Assembly: GCA_025594325.1 (NCBI GenBank)
Contig: JANHCV010000002.1
Location: forward strand, 2,728,001-2,792,000
Source of the DNA: Blastocladiella emersonii ATCC 22665
Taxonomy: Eukaryota; Fungi; Blastocladiomycota
Direction of reading: 5' to 3'
Length of the DNA: 64,000 nt
The position numbers and the translations under genes are program-made. Below are positions 1-12,751 of this stretch, piece by piece. Position 1 is the first letter of the stretch. Each line of letters opens with the position of its first letter. Below the pieces are notes generated by a model. It did not search any database and was not told the DNA's origin. It saw only the letters and a program-made list of their open reading frames with translations.

Positions 1-655
1 TCGGCGCGACCGCGGCAATCATCTCGGGCAGCCATTCGGGGAACCCGGCCGGGGTGTAGTTGAGGTGTACTGGATGATTGTGTGGATACAATGAGTCTTC
101 CGCTCTGGGAATGTCATTCCTTTCGATTCCTTTGAAGCAGCGCTCGCCCTCGATGCCGTGTCTAAGCGGATCGCACGGCCCTCATCCGAAGCACGCTGAT
201 CGCCACCGCGAGCGCGTCGCTCGCGCCAAACCTGCTGAGGAAGGCCCTAGCGCGAGAGCCCCGCAGCCGCTGCATGTTCCCGTTCACGATTGCGCTGGCA
301 CGGCTCGCCCGCTCGAGGGCGGACGGACGATCGGCTCGTAGTGTCTGGCCGCGCGTCGGCGCCTTCGATGCGGCGTCGCGGTACCTCGGACCGCGCAGCG
401 CCCGCCCGTGAGCTGTCGGTGCAGGCGCAGAAAGCGCTCGCACAACCCAAAATGAGATTGCCGCGGGTCCGCTTGCGTGGACCGTCAATCGGGCGCAAGA
501 AGGCGCGAGCGCGGTACGTGCTGCGCCGTGATCAGGGAGCGCGGTCGGAGTGCTGCGGTGAGCGGAGAACCGCGGCAAACTGAACCGCAAGCGATGGGTG
601 CGATAGAGAGAGCAAAAAAAAGAGACCTTGTTGTTGAGGTAGAACGCGACGAGCA

Positions 656-1292
656 TCATGCAGGGAGAAAGTCCTGTGCCTCGAGCGGCGGCTCGCCTTT
701 GACCAGGCGGCGCAGGTCGGCACGCGAAAAGTCGAGGACCAGCGGGTTGCCGTCGTCGATGAACGACTCGGAGTCGAGGGCGGCCACGTCGCCGTCGTCG
801 CTGCCGTCGTGGGTGAGGTCTGGTGGCGGCTGGTAGTTGGGGATGGCCGAGAGGTGCGTCGCGTACGCGTGCAGCAGCTGGAGCGCCGTTGCGAGCGCGT
901 CGTTGGCCAGCAGCTTCCACGCGGACGGCGGGTACGCTATGTAGGTGTCGAGGGAACTGTTCAGTGGTGCAGCAGCCGCGTTCCAAGGGGGGAAAGCACG
1001 TACGGCTGCCGATAAAGTCGACAACGAGGGACGGCCCATGCGCCGTCGGACTGGTGGCGCCCGCGACGTGGATCAGCGCGGCGAGACCGTTGAAGACGAG
1101 GATCCACAGGAAGGCGCGGCCGACGTTGGACGTGGGCATGACAGCGCACAGGACGCCCGTCAGGAACCAGCGAACGAGCAGGAGGAGCAGCCGCGCGTCC
1201 TGGAAGTAGAGCACGACGAGCGTCGCGCGGGCGCAGAAGCTCGCGCTCGAGGCCAGATGGTGAAGCGCCATGGCGTAGGGCGGCGGTTGCAT
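656..1292 (-). CDS. DSC E3 ligase complex subunit 4-like (DUF1746) membrane protein, 2 exons
   Basis: Hydrophobic helices, then LVVDFIG; intron GTACGT(~1002)...CATAG(~939) joins it to PYPPSAWKLLANDALATALQLL, resembling the Dsc4/Vld1 'IDFIG..P.S.WKLL..D' pattern; stop at 656. Confidence 0.6.
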
Positions 1293-1414
1293 CAAGTCGC
1301 GTTACATGGCATGGTGGTGTATGACCCGAGTCGGAGAGAGCGAGCGCGCGCCGCGGCCGCCTGCTCCTGACCACGGCGGCGGCGGACGCGGGGACGGCAG
1401 CGCATACGTGTATC

Positions 1415-4173
1415 TCAGGAATGTACATTGAGCAGAGCGGCGAGGTCTCCGGCCCACGCGCGTGGCCGCGGCCGCGGTCTCGGACCAGGATCGTCGTCGT
1501 GATTGTCGTCCTCGCGGTGATGGCGGGCAGCGTCGCTTCGGCGCGGGCTCGGCTCGAGCAGCATGACGGAGGGCTCCGGTAGAACAGCTCTCAACTCGCC
1601 GTCGCCGACGGAGCGAGGGTGCCTCCACTTGTCGGCGAACGCGAGCCGCCACGCGACGGCGCGCCGGTCGAGGACGACGCGGTGCCAGCCGCGCAGCGCG
1701 TTGCGGAGGACCGTGGCCGTGTGGAACTCGCGCGGGCGCACAACCGAGAGCGCGTGGGCCGCCTTCCAGTCGGTCCGCCGTGCGCGCCACGTCGCAAAGG
1801 TGCGGACGAGCAGGCGGTACCGGTAAACAGCGTCGGCGCGGCACGCGCGAGCCCAGTCGTCGCGCTTGACCTGGGCGCGCGCTCGCCAGTCGCGGAAGAC
1901 ACGCGCGCCGTGATGGACGAGGAGGAACGCGTCGGCGCGGTCCTGCCGGTAGCGGTGGAGGACCGACGACTTGGCGAACAGCAGCCACGCGTAGAAGTGC
2001 CGTTCCAAGGCGACTACACTCGCGGGAGTAAACGGTCAGCGATGTTCTCGGGCGGTTGGGGTTAAAGAAAGCGTACGTCGACCGAGAGTCTCCTGGTGCG
2101 CCGCGACGCGCGCCTTGGCGGAATAGACCGAGTCGAGCGCGGCGAGCCAGCGGCTGAGAGTCCGTCGCTGGGTCAAGACGCGACACTGGCGGTCGCCCTC
2201 GCGGTTGAGAGCAAGCTCGGCGGCCATGAAGCGGAAGACTCGGCCGACTGCGAGCCGGCGCGCGTGTTGATCAGCAGAAGCAGTTGCCTCGCGCCGCCGC
2301 TTCTTGGTGAGCGCCCACTCCCGCCATGCGGCAAGCGCGGAGGCACCAAGGCGGGTTGTTCGGGACGAGCGGGCGTGGTCGACAAGAGCGCGTTCCCGCA
2401 CGCGGTCCATGAGCGCGAGTCGCCATCGCTGCAGCGCCGACCGCTGACGAAGCGCCACTGAAAAGGTCTGAGCACGAGCGTCGGCCTCGCGGTTCGACTG
2501 GGCAGCGCGAGCCCGAGATTGCCAGTCCAGGAGAGTAAGCGTGACGAGTCGGCTGCGTGCGTACGCGTCGGCGAGGTGCGCGTACCGGGCGCGCAGCTGC
2601 TTAAGGACAAACCACAGGCGCCACCCGCCAAGGGCTCGAGAGAGAATGCGGGCACGGTCGGCGTCGGCGGCTCGTCGCATCGCGCGTGCTGCATCACGGC
2701 GAAAGTCGAGGGAGCCCTGCCATGCCGACAAAACTGCTGCTGCGAGTCTTCGTTGGTGCCACCGATCAGCAGTCGCGACGTTGGCCCGTCGAGTGTGAAC
2801 GAGTGCCACGTTCGCGCGAAGGCCCCGCAGCACGAGGGCCATGCGACGCACGCGGTCGTGTCGGATAGCGAGGACCGCGGCGGCGCGGGCACGGACCCGT
2901 TTCGCAAAGGCGTCCTTCCAAGCGGCGAGCGCGCCGATGAGAAGCCGTCTGCGCGAGAGTGACGCGGCCTCGTCCCACCCGCCACTTCGCCGCCACCGCT
3001 GCCACAGGTGCGCGAGTCGGAGCCGGTCAGCTGTCGTGATCGCGGTCAGGTTGTGCGACCGGCGCGCGCGCCAAGCGGACATGTTTCGAACGAGAAGCGC
3101 CCGATGTCGCTGCTGAGTGAACTGGTCCGCCGTCGCGTCGAGCTCGCGGACTCGGGTGAGGCGGTTCTTCCAGACGGACCACGCGTCAGCAAGCAGGTCG
3201 AGTCTCCAATCCGGGTTACGGCGCGCGAGCAACTGCTGGTAGTAAGCGTCGGCGGCCGTGCCAGCATCCACGCGCGCTCGGGCCCGGGCCCGCCACAGGT
3301 GAAAGAGAGAGCGCTGGGTCCGTGATTGAGCTGAGGACGCAGAGTCGGCGATCAAAGCGTCCTCGCGCTGCTTCTGTTCGAGCGCGCCGCGCCACGCGGT
3401 GAGGGCGACAAGCTTGGTACATTCGGCGACGTGGGCGTCGGCGAGGCGAAGACGGGGGCGTAGGCGGCGGGTCTCGGCTGCTGCCGCCTGCCATCGAGCC
3501 AGGGCGGCGTGAAGCAGAGAAATGGTGTGGTTGCGCTCGGCGACAGCGGTGAGATACTCGATGCGGCGGCGAGAGCGCAGGCGAAGCAGCCAGGTGAAGA
3601 AGGAGACCGCGGCGAGGCTCGCGGCGTGCCATTGCTCGGCTTTCGCCGTCGTTGCATGAAGAGTTCGACGACGCGCGAGTGCTGCTGTCCACAACTGCAA
3701 AGTTGACCTGGCCACCCGCGAGTTGCCTACAGTCGAGCAACGCGGTGAGCTCCGGTGTCGTACACGTCGCTGTCGAACATACGGTGCTGGTCCGCGAGTC
3801 GCGCCCGTTGGCGCTGGCGGAGCGCGGCCGACCAAGCGGCAAGAAGGCGCGAGCAGCGGGCGTAGTGAAGCTTGACGTCGGCCTTGAGGCGCATGCGCCA
3901 GAGCGCGTGGGAACGGGCGGCGAGCACGCGCCACTGGCGGAACGCGGCGTGGATCTCGGCGCGCTGGTCGGGCGTCCACTTGGGGCGGGGCTCGGGACGG
4001 CCGAGGGCGTGGGCGCGCAGCCGCTCGGCGTCGTCGCGCTTGACGCGGATGCGCACGCGGACGGGCTCGCGGTGGGCGGGGGTCGCCGAGACATGGGTCA
4101 GGGGGACCGCGGCGCGAGGGGCGGGCAGCCGCGACGGCGGGTCGGCCTGTCTCGCCGTTGCATGAGCTTTCAT
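1415..4173 (-). CDS. SFI1: SFI1-like centrin-binding centriole/SPB protein (multi-exon; start uncertain)
   Basis: Long Arg/Ala-rich helical ORFs (3727-4284, 2036-4303, 1415-2008) with periodic Trp motifs such as AFRQWR, SFFTWLLR, LFHLWRAR, ALAAWK, VFRDWRAR, as in Sfi1 repeats; frame changes lie near 3.72 kb and 2.0-2.08 kb, where introns are inferred. Confidence 0.75.
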
Positions 4174-4469
4174 GGTGATACAGTGCGTCGTCGTGGCGGG
4201 CGAGCGGCGAGAGGGGGACCGCCGCGACGCGTCGCGTTTCGGCTCGTGCGGGCGAGCGCCACTCACGCCGCGGCGGAGCGTCACGCCATCGCCCCCGCTG
4301 CATGAATGAAGGGTTGTGGCGCAGCGCCGTGATGCTTGGCGGCGACGCGCGCGACGGTGCAGGGTGACTCGGCCGCGTCGTCGTCAGAGACCCCCCTCCC
4401 GCTCCCCTCCCACTGCCGCCGCCGCCATCCGACCCGCGACCCGCTACGCGCTACGCACCGAATGAAACC

Positions 4470-5435
4470 ATGCTCGCGCGCGCCCACGCCATCGCCGACC
4501 CGCCCGCGGCCGCAGCCGCCAAGGCCAGCGCGGCGACGCTAACGCTGCCCCTGTTCGCCGCGCAGGTCGCGGGCCGCGGCGCGCTCGCCGTGCTCGACGC
4601 GGCCGGCGGCGTGCTGGCCAAGCCGTGCCTGCCCGCCGAGCGCGACTTCTACCGCGCCGTCGCCGCCGCCGCCGACCCGCCCTCGCCGCTGCTGCGCTTC
4701 CTGCCGCCCTTCCTCGGCGAGCACGACCCGCGCCACGGCGCCGTGCGCGCTCCCGCGCCCAAGTTCTCGTGCGCCATCCGCCTCGCCAACGTCGTCGCCG
4801 GCCTGCACGCGCCCTGCATCCTCGACGTCAAGGTCGGCTCGCAGCTGCATGACCCAAACGCCTCGCCCGAGCGCCGGCTGGTCAAGCAGCGCGCCGCCCT
4901 CGCCACCACCTCGGGCACCGCCGGCCTGCGCGTCAGCGGCATGCGCCTGCACCGCAGCGACTGCGCCTGCTGCCGCGCCCGGCCGTCTCACCGCGGGTGC
5001 GCGTGCGCCGACGGCGACGGCAGCGGCGGTGACTGCGAGTACGACACGTTCGGCAAGGAGTACGGCCGCGCGCTTACGGCGGCGACCGTGCACGCGGCCT
5101 TTCTTGACTTCACGCGCGACGTGGCCCCGCCGTCCGAGCGCATCGCCGTCCTGGCCCGCATGCGCGACCTCGTCGCGGACCTCCTCGCCGTGGCCGAGCG
5201 ACTCGACGGCGCCGTCTTTGTCCGCACCTCGCTGCTCTTTGCCTACTCGGCGTCCGCACCATCGCCCGCCAGTACGGTGCAGATGCACTGGATCGACTTT
5301 GCCCACGCCGACCTCGCCACCGGGACCGCCGGGCCCGACGCGCAGTTCCTGTTCGGCCTCCGCAACACGGTCGCCGCCATCTCCGCCGCCATCTGCGAGC
5401 TGACCGGCGGGGATGCGCCCGAGACACGGATATGA
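4470..5435 (+). CDS. Inositol polyphosphate kinase (IPK/IPMK family)
   Basis: PCILDVKVG (PxxxDxKxG), GLRVSGM, TSLLFAY (SSLL motif), WIDFAH. Confidence 0.92.
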   Translation: MLARAHAIADPPAAAAAKASAATLTLPLFAAQVAGRGALAVLDAAGGVLAKPCLPAERDFYRAVAAAADPPSPLLRFLPPFLGEHDPRHGAVRAPAPKFSCAIRLANVVAGLHAPCILDVKVGSQLHDPNASPERRLVKQRAALATTSGTAGLRVSGMRLHRSDCACCRARPSHRGCACADGDGSGGDCEYDTFGKEYGRALTAATVHAAFLDFTRDVAPPSERIAVLARMRDLVADLLAVAERLDGAVFVRTSLLFAYSASAPSPASTVQMHWIDFAHADLATGTAGPDAQFLFGLRNTVAAISAAICELTGGDAPETRI

Positions 5436-5493
5436 GCTTGACGGAGCAGGGTGAAAACAATGTAAATCATATCAACCCGTCCGCCCGTCCGTC

Positions 5494-7326
5494 TCAGAGC
5501 AGCGCGCCAGCGTACTCGCCGTCGCCGACCCGACCCGTTGCTCGGCCAGACCCGAGCCGCGCCGGCGACACCGAGCCCGCGCCTCCGCTGCTGAGCCCGG
5601 CATCCGCGCCGGCCGACTTGATCAGCTCGGCCACCTCGTGCTGGAACGCAGTGCCGCGCTGCATGAGGAGCGCGACGGGTTCGCTGTGCGCCATGCGGTC
5701 GCGCACCGCCAGCTGCACGTCCGGGTTGAGCACGCGCAGCAGCTCGGCCACCGCCGTCGCCTGCGAGCACGGCACCACCGCGTCGTGGCTCCCGTGCACC
5801 ACCACGATGCGCCGCGGCAGCACCGTCTCGAGCGCCCGCACCAGCGGCGTCGGCTGGTCCTCGGCGCACATGGCCGCCGACAGCAGGACCGTGGGCGACC
5901 GCAGCAACATGTTCTCGAGCGTGTGGCCTACATTCGTTCCGTCGCCTCGTTAGCGTCTCGGGCAGGATAAACGACGACGATCAATAAACGTACCGCACGC
6001 GCGCCGCATGCCAGACAGCTCCTCGACGCCGCGCCCGCTCTCAAAGTCGTGGTGCTGCTCAATGTTGAACACGCCCGAGAGCAAGATGCACGCGCGGATC
6101 GACGGCAGCGTCACGTCCAGCGTGGGCAGCATGGGCGGATGCGATCGCGCGCGAGAAGCCGACGAAGCAAGTGCCCGGGAAGAGGGCGATCGGGTCGGGG
6201 AAGCGGAGGGCGCGTAGAATCCGGACTGGGTCAGGACCTCGAGCGGGTCGAGCGGGCGCTCCAGGCTGCTCTCGGTCACGGCGCCGGCAATCTGCGTGAG
6301 CAGGGCGAGGTGCGCGCCCGCCGAGTGGCCCACGAGCGAGATGCGGTCCGGATCCCCACCGTACCGCCTACATGCAATGACCGTGTTTGGTGTCAGTCAT
6401 ACGCATTTGCTGCCGGTAGAGTCGGTCGGCAACGGACTCGATGTGCTGGCGGACCCACAGGAGGCACGCGGCCACGTCGTGGAGCATGTCGTCGACCGAG
6501 CCCGTCGGGTAGATGCGGTAGTCGGGAATCACGGTCACGATCCCGCGGCGCGCGAGCTGGTGCCCGAGCGGCTGGTAGTAAGCTACGAACAGGGATAAGC
6601 TTCAGTTGTGGCGAGGGGAGTTGCGAGTGAGATTGCAAGCGTACCCTTGCTCCCGCTGTTCCAGCCGCCACCGTCTAGATTCGAGCGCAGCCGTGAGTTG
6701 GAGAGCCCGTTAGCTGCAACCGAGAGGGAGCGTACAGATGAAGACGGCAACGGGGCGAAGGTCCGAGAGCCGCATGCCGTTCTTTGCCTTGTGCGAGTGG
6801 TCGGCCGGCTTGGCAAGGAACACGTCGAGCTTCATGCCGGTGCGCGCGTCAAACTCGACGTTCTCGCTACATCGGGGGGTAGCATGCGTGAGAACAAGGC
6901 ATGGTACAGACATGGCAGGACGTACACGATCGAGCCCTGCACGCGGCGGTTCCACAGCTTGGCGCCGGCGAAGCGGACGAGCTGGTGCGTGATCGGGTCG
7001 ACGAGCGTACCGAAGACGGCGAGCTTGACGGCCCAGAAGACGCGCAGCACGCGGCGCGGGTGCCAGCGCAGCAGCAGCGCCGGCTGCTCGTGCTGCGCGT
7101 ACATGAGGTACGCGAGCGTCGACACGGCGTACGCGCACGCGAGCACGAGCGGGACGAGCCACGGCAGCACCGCGACGGCCAGGAGCACGATGACGGGCAG
7201 CAAGGCGACGGCGACGGCCGCCACAGACACGATCGACGCGACGAGGATCAGCGCGAAGAGCGCGGGCTGCAGCACCGGGCCGCGCAGGCCGGCGTGGACG
7301 AGTCGGTGCAAGCGCGTCGCTGGCAT
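5494..7326 (-). CDS. Membrane-anchored alpha/beta hydrolase (prenylcysteine methylesterase-like/esterase), multi-exon
   Basis: N-terminal TM helices; KLDVF, spliced (H/Y)GGGW oxyanion motif, VIPDYRIYP, GDPDRISLVGHSAGAHL nucleophile elbow, VVHGSHDAVVP and H in MAHSE completing a triad. Confidence 0.85.
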
Positions 7327-7539
7327 GGTGGCGTTACATGGAAGGGGTCTGTATGGCGGGGAAGAGAGCGGGGACGGCGCGCGGGGAGTTCTCTCACTTG
7401 AGACTCGCCGACCGCGCCACCGCTGCAGCCGAACTTCCTCTCCCTCCTCTGCTTCCCGGGCATCCAGACAGCGCCTCTCCGCCATGTAACTCAATGAAAC
7501 TACTCCATGCAGGGCACTTGTCACGCCCGGACGAGGGTC

Positions 7540-9396
7540 ACCGCTGTTTCTGCGCTCCACCCGCCAGGCCTCGTCGGTCCGGCTCACCCTGCACTTTCTC
7601 GGCGACTGTTGAACTACGTTTCCTGCTGCGGCCCTCCTTCTTCACCTCCGGCCCAGCTCTAGTCTCGTTGCCAGACCGTATTGTCGCGGGGAGCGGCGGG
7701 ATTCCTGCAGTGGGCCGAGGCGACCCTACCCAGCGCCTGCTACCCACGGTCGGCCGGCCGAGGTCATTTCTCCGAATGCCCGAGGCCACCCACGCCGACC
7801 ATGTGGCCGTAGAGTCTGGCACCGAGACTAGCCCAGCTCGGTTCTTGATGCCGTTGGCTGCGGTGCGACTTGGTGCGACTTGGGATCGTGTCGATGTCGA
7901 GTTTGAGGCGCCGGGACTGCCGAGCGACGAGCATCTCGTGGATGTCCTTGGTTTAGTTGATGCTCGACAGCTGCTGTCCAAATCTTCCCCGCCCTTCGAT
8001 TTTGCGCTGGGGACTGCCATTCGGCTCGCGCTCCGACCTGGCGTGTCGGGCCGCGGATACTACGATCCGACGCCTACTTCTGGATCGACACTGGGGTCCC
8101 TGTACACTCAGCTGCCGAGTTACGATCTACGAGCGGCTTCAGCACAGCATCCTCGATCCCGCGCCCGTGCTTGTGCGTCCTCGAGCTAACGTACCTTCCC
8201 AAGCTCGCGCGCCGGATCAACACGTTGTACAACTTGCTGTTCATATACGTGCTGCTCTGCACCGAGTTTCACGCCCTCGGCGGCCACGGTTCCGGGCGCC
8301 GCCGCCAACGTAGACGACTCGATCCTCAACTTGCTCCACGTCAAGGCCGACGGGACCGACTTTGTCGCCACGTTCCCCATGTGTCTCCACACTAGCTTCT
8401 CGCGACCGAGGGTGTCCTCTTCCTACTCATGGCCTTAACCAACCCCGAACGCGCAGGCCCGCGCGCGCCCTTGATCCTCGTGTTCGACGAGCCGCCCGAG
8501 ACCTGCCAAAGGGGGCCACGCTATGAGCCACGCCAATATCGCCAACCTCCCCGCCGAGCAGATTCTCGACGCGGCGTGCAATGGCCACTTCACCGGGGGG
8601 TTCCCGGCCCCTTCCGCGCGCTGGCGACCACGCCGCGTTTCCGCAGTTTTCTATGCTAGCGACCTCGCCACGGTCCCGCGCGGCTTCGCGAGTACCTCGC
8701 CATCGCTGTCCTCCATTAGCCATCCATCCACAGCTGAGGCTCTCGTCTCGGTGTCGGACCCCTCAAGCGCGTTTGCAAGCTGCTGGCCGACGACGTCGCC
8801 AAGCTTCATGTCGCGGGCCTCGCTTAGCCTCGTGTTCCGGTACTCGCGCGCAACACTTTGTCTGTACCCGCTGACCATCGAGAATCTCGACGGCCGTAAC
8901 GCCCGCGCCTAGGCCCTTCTCGCGGCGCGATGGTCTCCGGCGATACGCATCAGTGCAATTCGGCGCCCGCCGTCGATCGCCCGTCCCGGCTCTACAAGAT
9001 GGTCCAGAACGACGACGACGACGACGACGACGACGCCGAGCGCTTTGTCGTCCGAGGCCACGATCGCCACCCGGCTGCCAGCCGCGCCCGACTGCGGCCA
9101 TTGTCGCCGCGTCGCAAGCCGTTGTGCAACCGCTGGTCCTTTCGGGACTCGTTGATAGCGACCTGCTCAAGTTCTTCCTCCCGCCTCGGCAAACCGTCCG
9201 AGGTGCTCACTCGACTCGCTCGCCTGGCGACGCCAGAAGCACGGTCAAGATGGCGCCCAGTAGTACGACGACAAGCTCGCCGCCAGTGGGCAAGACGATG
9301 GCGCTCAAGGGCGCGTTCGTCGGCTTCAGCAACAAGGCCAAGGGCGAGTCGAGGGCGAAAGAGTCCGAAGCGGGGAAGACATTTTTATTGTGCTAG
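7540..9396 (+). pseudogene. Chain of codon-biased fragments in shifting frames; probable decayed gene
   Basis: Coding-like stretches (LFLRSTRQASSVRLTLHFLGDC*, YLPKLARRINTLYNLLFIY, GVLFLLMALTNP...LILVFDEPP, GPLKRVCKLLADDVAKLHVAGLA*) interrupted by stops and frame changes. Confidence 0.3.
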
Positions 9397-9545
9397 TGGT
9401 ATGGCGGGGATGTGCAATGGATTGGGGGAGGAGGAGAGGGACAGCAAGGAAGGACCCGCGCCGTCGCCAGCGACCTGCAGGGACCAGCCCGACGGCAGGA
9501 ACACATGGACGCCGGCGCGAAGCCGCAGCCGAGCGAGCGAGCCGG

Positions 9546-10691
9546 CTACAGGTCCGCGGCGGCCCCGCGGGCGCACTCGTCGGTGGCGCGGGCGACCAGC
9601 TTGCGGACCTGGGCGAAGCGGGCCTCGATGTTGACGTAGAGTCCGGCGAGGACCGCGTGGGTCTCGGTAAGCCGCTGCAGCTCCTCGCCGTCTGCGATGA
9701 TCTCGAGCTCGGTCTGGAGCCGAGACTGCGAGCGCTTGCCGCGCTTCATGCCGGTCTCGACGGGCCCGTTGCCCTTGGCGATGCGCGCGGCGACTGCGCG
9801 GTACACCTCGCCGGCGGTGGCGAGCGCCGCGGACCCGTTGCGAAAGACGGCGCTGATCTTGTCGGACTCGATCTGCAGCTGCTCCATGCCGGACAGCTGG
9901 GCGAGGGCGCTGCGGCTGCAGTCGTGGGCGAGGAGCATGCCCGTGGCCGTAGCCTCGATCTTGGAGAAGCCGTGGATGACAGGCATCGCGGCATCGCTGG
10001 CCGCACCGGCCGCCGTGCCCTCGGTCCGGAGCCTGTACTTGAAGTACAGGCCCACGGCGGCGACCTCCGAGTCGTCGTCGTAGTTGAGCAGGCCGCTTAT
10101 GGCGCGCGACTCGAACTGGGCGATGACGGCCGCCACCGCCACCGCGACCGCGTCGTCCTCGGCGCTGGCGGCACCCGTAATGCCCGACTCGGGGTACTGG
10201 GCCTCGGCCCCGCCGAAGACGCCGGCCGTCGTCTTGGGCACGATCTGGAGGAACACGTGGTGGTAGCCGCCCTCGGGGACGGCGTCGGCTTGCTGGCGGA
10301 ACATGGGGCTCTTGGGGACGGCCACGTCGACGGCGTCGGCTTGGTGGCGGAACACGGGGTCCTCGGGGACGGCCACGTCGACGGCGTCGGCTTGGTGGCC
10401 GAACACGGGGTCTTCGGGGACGGCCACGCCGACAGAGAGAACCGACGAGCGGGCGACGCCGCCCTTGGTGGTGGACAAGGCGAGCGCGGCGACGCAAGCA
10501 ACCGCGATCACGGCGACTGGGAGAGACAACAGCAAGCGTCAGTTACTGGGTCCGTGATCCCCATCAAACGACGAGAGGTGAAACGTACGGAGCGACGACA
10601 CGCTCAGGAGCGTCAGCTTGAACTGCACCGTCGGCCGAGTGGCCTGCACGGGCGCCGTGGACGTGGTGGCGGTAGTGGCGGCGGCGGGCAT
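9546..10691 (-). CDS. Orphan single-pass membrane/secreted protein with 3 x 17-aa repeats, 2 exons
   Basis: ATG at 10691; GTACGT...CTGAC...CCCAG intron (~10585-10520) gives SLLAVIAVACVAALALST hydrophobic segment; strong GC3 bias to stop at 9546. Confidence 0.7.
10278..10430. repeat. 51-bp tandem repeat x3 encoding VAVP(E/K)(D/S)P(V/M)F(G/R)(H/Q)QADAV(D/P)
   Basis: Three near-identical units starting at 10278, 10329 and 10380. Confidence 0.95.
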
Positions 10692-12751
10692 CTTCTTGTG
10701 CTTGGGCGGGGGGTCTTGGGGTCGCGCATGGTGGGGCGCTGTGGCGATGAAGAGGCTGTCGGGTTCTCTGTCAGACGGCCATGACACACACATGTTAGGT
10801 TGGGTGGCCGTAGGTGATGGTGATTGCAGGGCGCTCTCGGTGTGCGCAGGCAGCTCGCCCGCTCCGAGCGCGCCGTGTCCGTCCGCCCAGCGGGTGGGGC
10901 GGCGGCGGCGTTGCATCGGAGCGGACGGCGATCCGCGTGACGCGAGCGCCGCCGGCAAGCAGGTACTCGTCGAGCGAGAGCACCGGTTCAAGAGAGATTG
11001 CGTACCAGGGAGGGGAAGCGGGCAGCCGATGCGCTTGTCGTTGATCAGCCGGCCGTGGAGGAACAGCGGACTAGACGGGCGCGCACAGCATGAGTCAGTT
11101 GGGTCCTGCACGCACTTCACCACGGACAGTAGAGCGGGCACGTACCACAGCTGCGGAGCCGAACGAAGCCGGGGTGTCGAAGCACGAGCGGGTTCGCGCG
11201 AGTTGGAGAGGGACGGCGGTCGAAGCGGGCGCGGCACTTGGACTTGCGCGAGCAGGCGGCGTGGTCGGTCGTCGGTGGCCGATGCGTAGAGTTACGTTGC
11301 TATCAGAGAGAGAGCAGGGTTGAGGGGGAGAGAGAGGAGAGGCCGGCGGGCGCCGGTTTTTATACGGGCGGCGGGCGTGAGAATCGCCGGCGCGGCTCTG
11401 CCGCTCTCCCTTTCCGCCGAGCACGCACGTGTGTCGGCCAACGATTGTGTTTCGTCCTCAGGAGAACCTCGCACCAACTCAGCACTTCGTCGACTCTCGG
11501 CCAGGGCACGACGGATCGGCAGCGGTGCCCGAGCGGGGCGTTCGGAAGGGCGCTGCTGAGCAACCGCTGGAGCTGGTCGGCGCACCAGATATACTATCGG
11601 AAGGTCAATTCCACGCAGCGGTGCCGCCGAGCTTTAGTAGTATTTCCATGGTGTTGGGATACGCGTCGCGATCGGCGCGTGGTCACGCCGGAGTCGCGTG
11701 GGCCAAAATTGTCTCGCGGCAGTGTCTCGCGTTTTTTCGGCGCGTCCCTCACCCGCACGTGAACCGTTTCAGCAGAACCCCTCCCTGGTTTCAGCGGTCG
11801 GCCCCCTGCCGCTGCGACGCCACCCCCGCCCCTCCCTCCTGTCCTCACCGCCGTCCATCACGGCGTTCCATCATCGCGCCGCCACGAAACTCGATGCAAC
11901 CACATGAAGCATGCCTGGACGAGAGAATTTGCTATTTGTGAGCACCGACTGCCCGCCTACCGAGCGCCACCGGCCCAGCTCGAGCTGTGCATATGCGAAC
12001 ATGCTGAATCAGGCACACAGCCGAGTTCGGGTCTTCCGCGTGCTGCCGCAGCTATATACACAACGTCGGCGTGATACGCACGGCCACCGGCCTTGGCGAC
12101 CTGTCCGAGTCGCTGGGCTTGTCGTGCGGCAGCCTTCTTGGACTTGAACTCCAAGCCTGCCTTCCTTGCCGAGCTTGTGCAGCCGGCGCGCGTACCTTCC
12201 ACGGAGGCGACCAGACCTCCCACCTGAAGCGACGGAGTGTGTGCTGGTCTTGAGCGCCACGAATGCATGCTTGAGCAATCCGACGGCTTCAAGGTCCTCG
12301 CCGACAAAGCCGCTTGCCAACTTCCACGGGGCGCGAGCGGCGGGTATTGATTGACCGCTGGCGCGCTCGCGTTCAGGCAACTTCCCTCCGCCTCACTTGC
12401 GCCCCTGAGCGACCAGCAGCGGCCCCGCCGCCCGAGTGCCGCGAGTTTGTCGCCGTTCGAAAGCGGATTGCTTGACGCGTCCATACCATGGAGCTCGCAT
12501 CGACCGGGACGGCCAAGCGCCACATCGGCTCGCGAGACCCTCGCGGTCCGGTCGAGCGAGGACGAGGACATGGTCGATATCGCCAAGTCTTTGGTATTGT
12601 CATGAGTGAGTTGGAACAGGGAATGAGATCGATGGATGGAGATGGTTGGAGGCGGTGAATTGACGGGACAATGGTTGAGCGAGGGGAAAGGGAAGGGAAC
12701 GAACGACACACGGCTTGGCCGCAACGAACAGGCCGAGGAGGTCGCAGCGGA

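Noticed and set aside
10278-10430. Tandem repeats (also 56639-56730) considered as CRISPR-like arrays
   Set aside because: Units abut directly with no unique spacers, are multiples of 3, and lie in a eukaryotic context.
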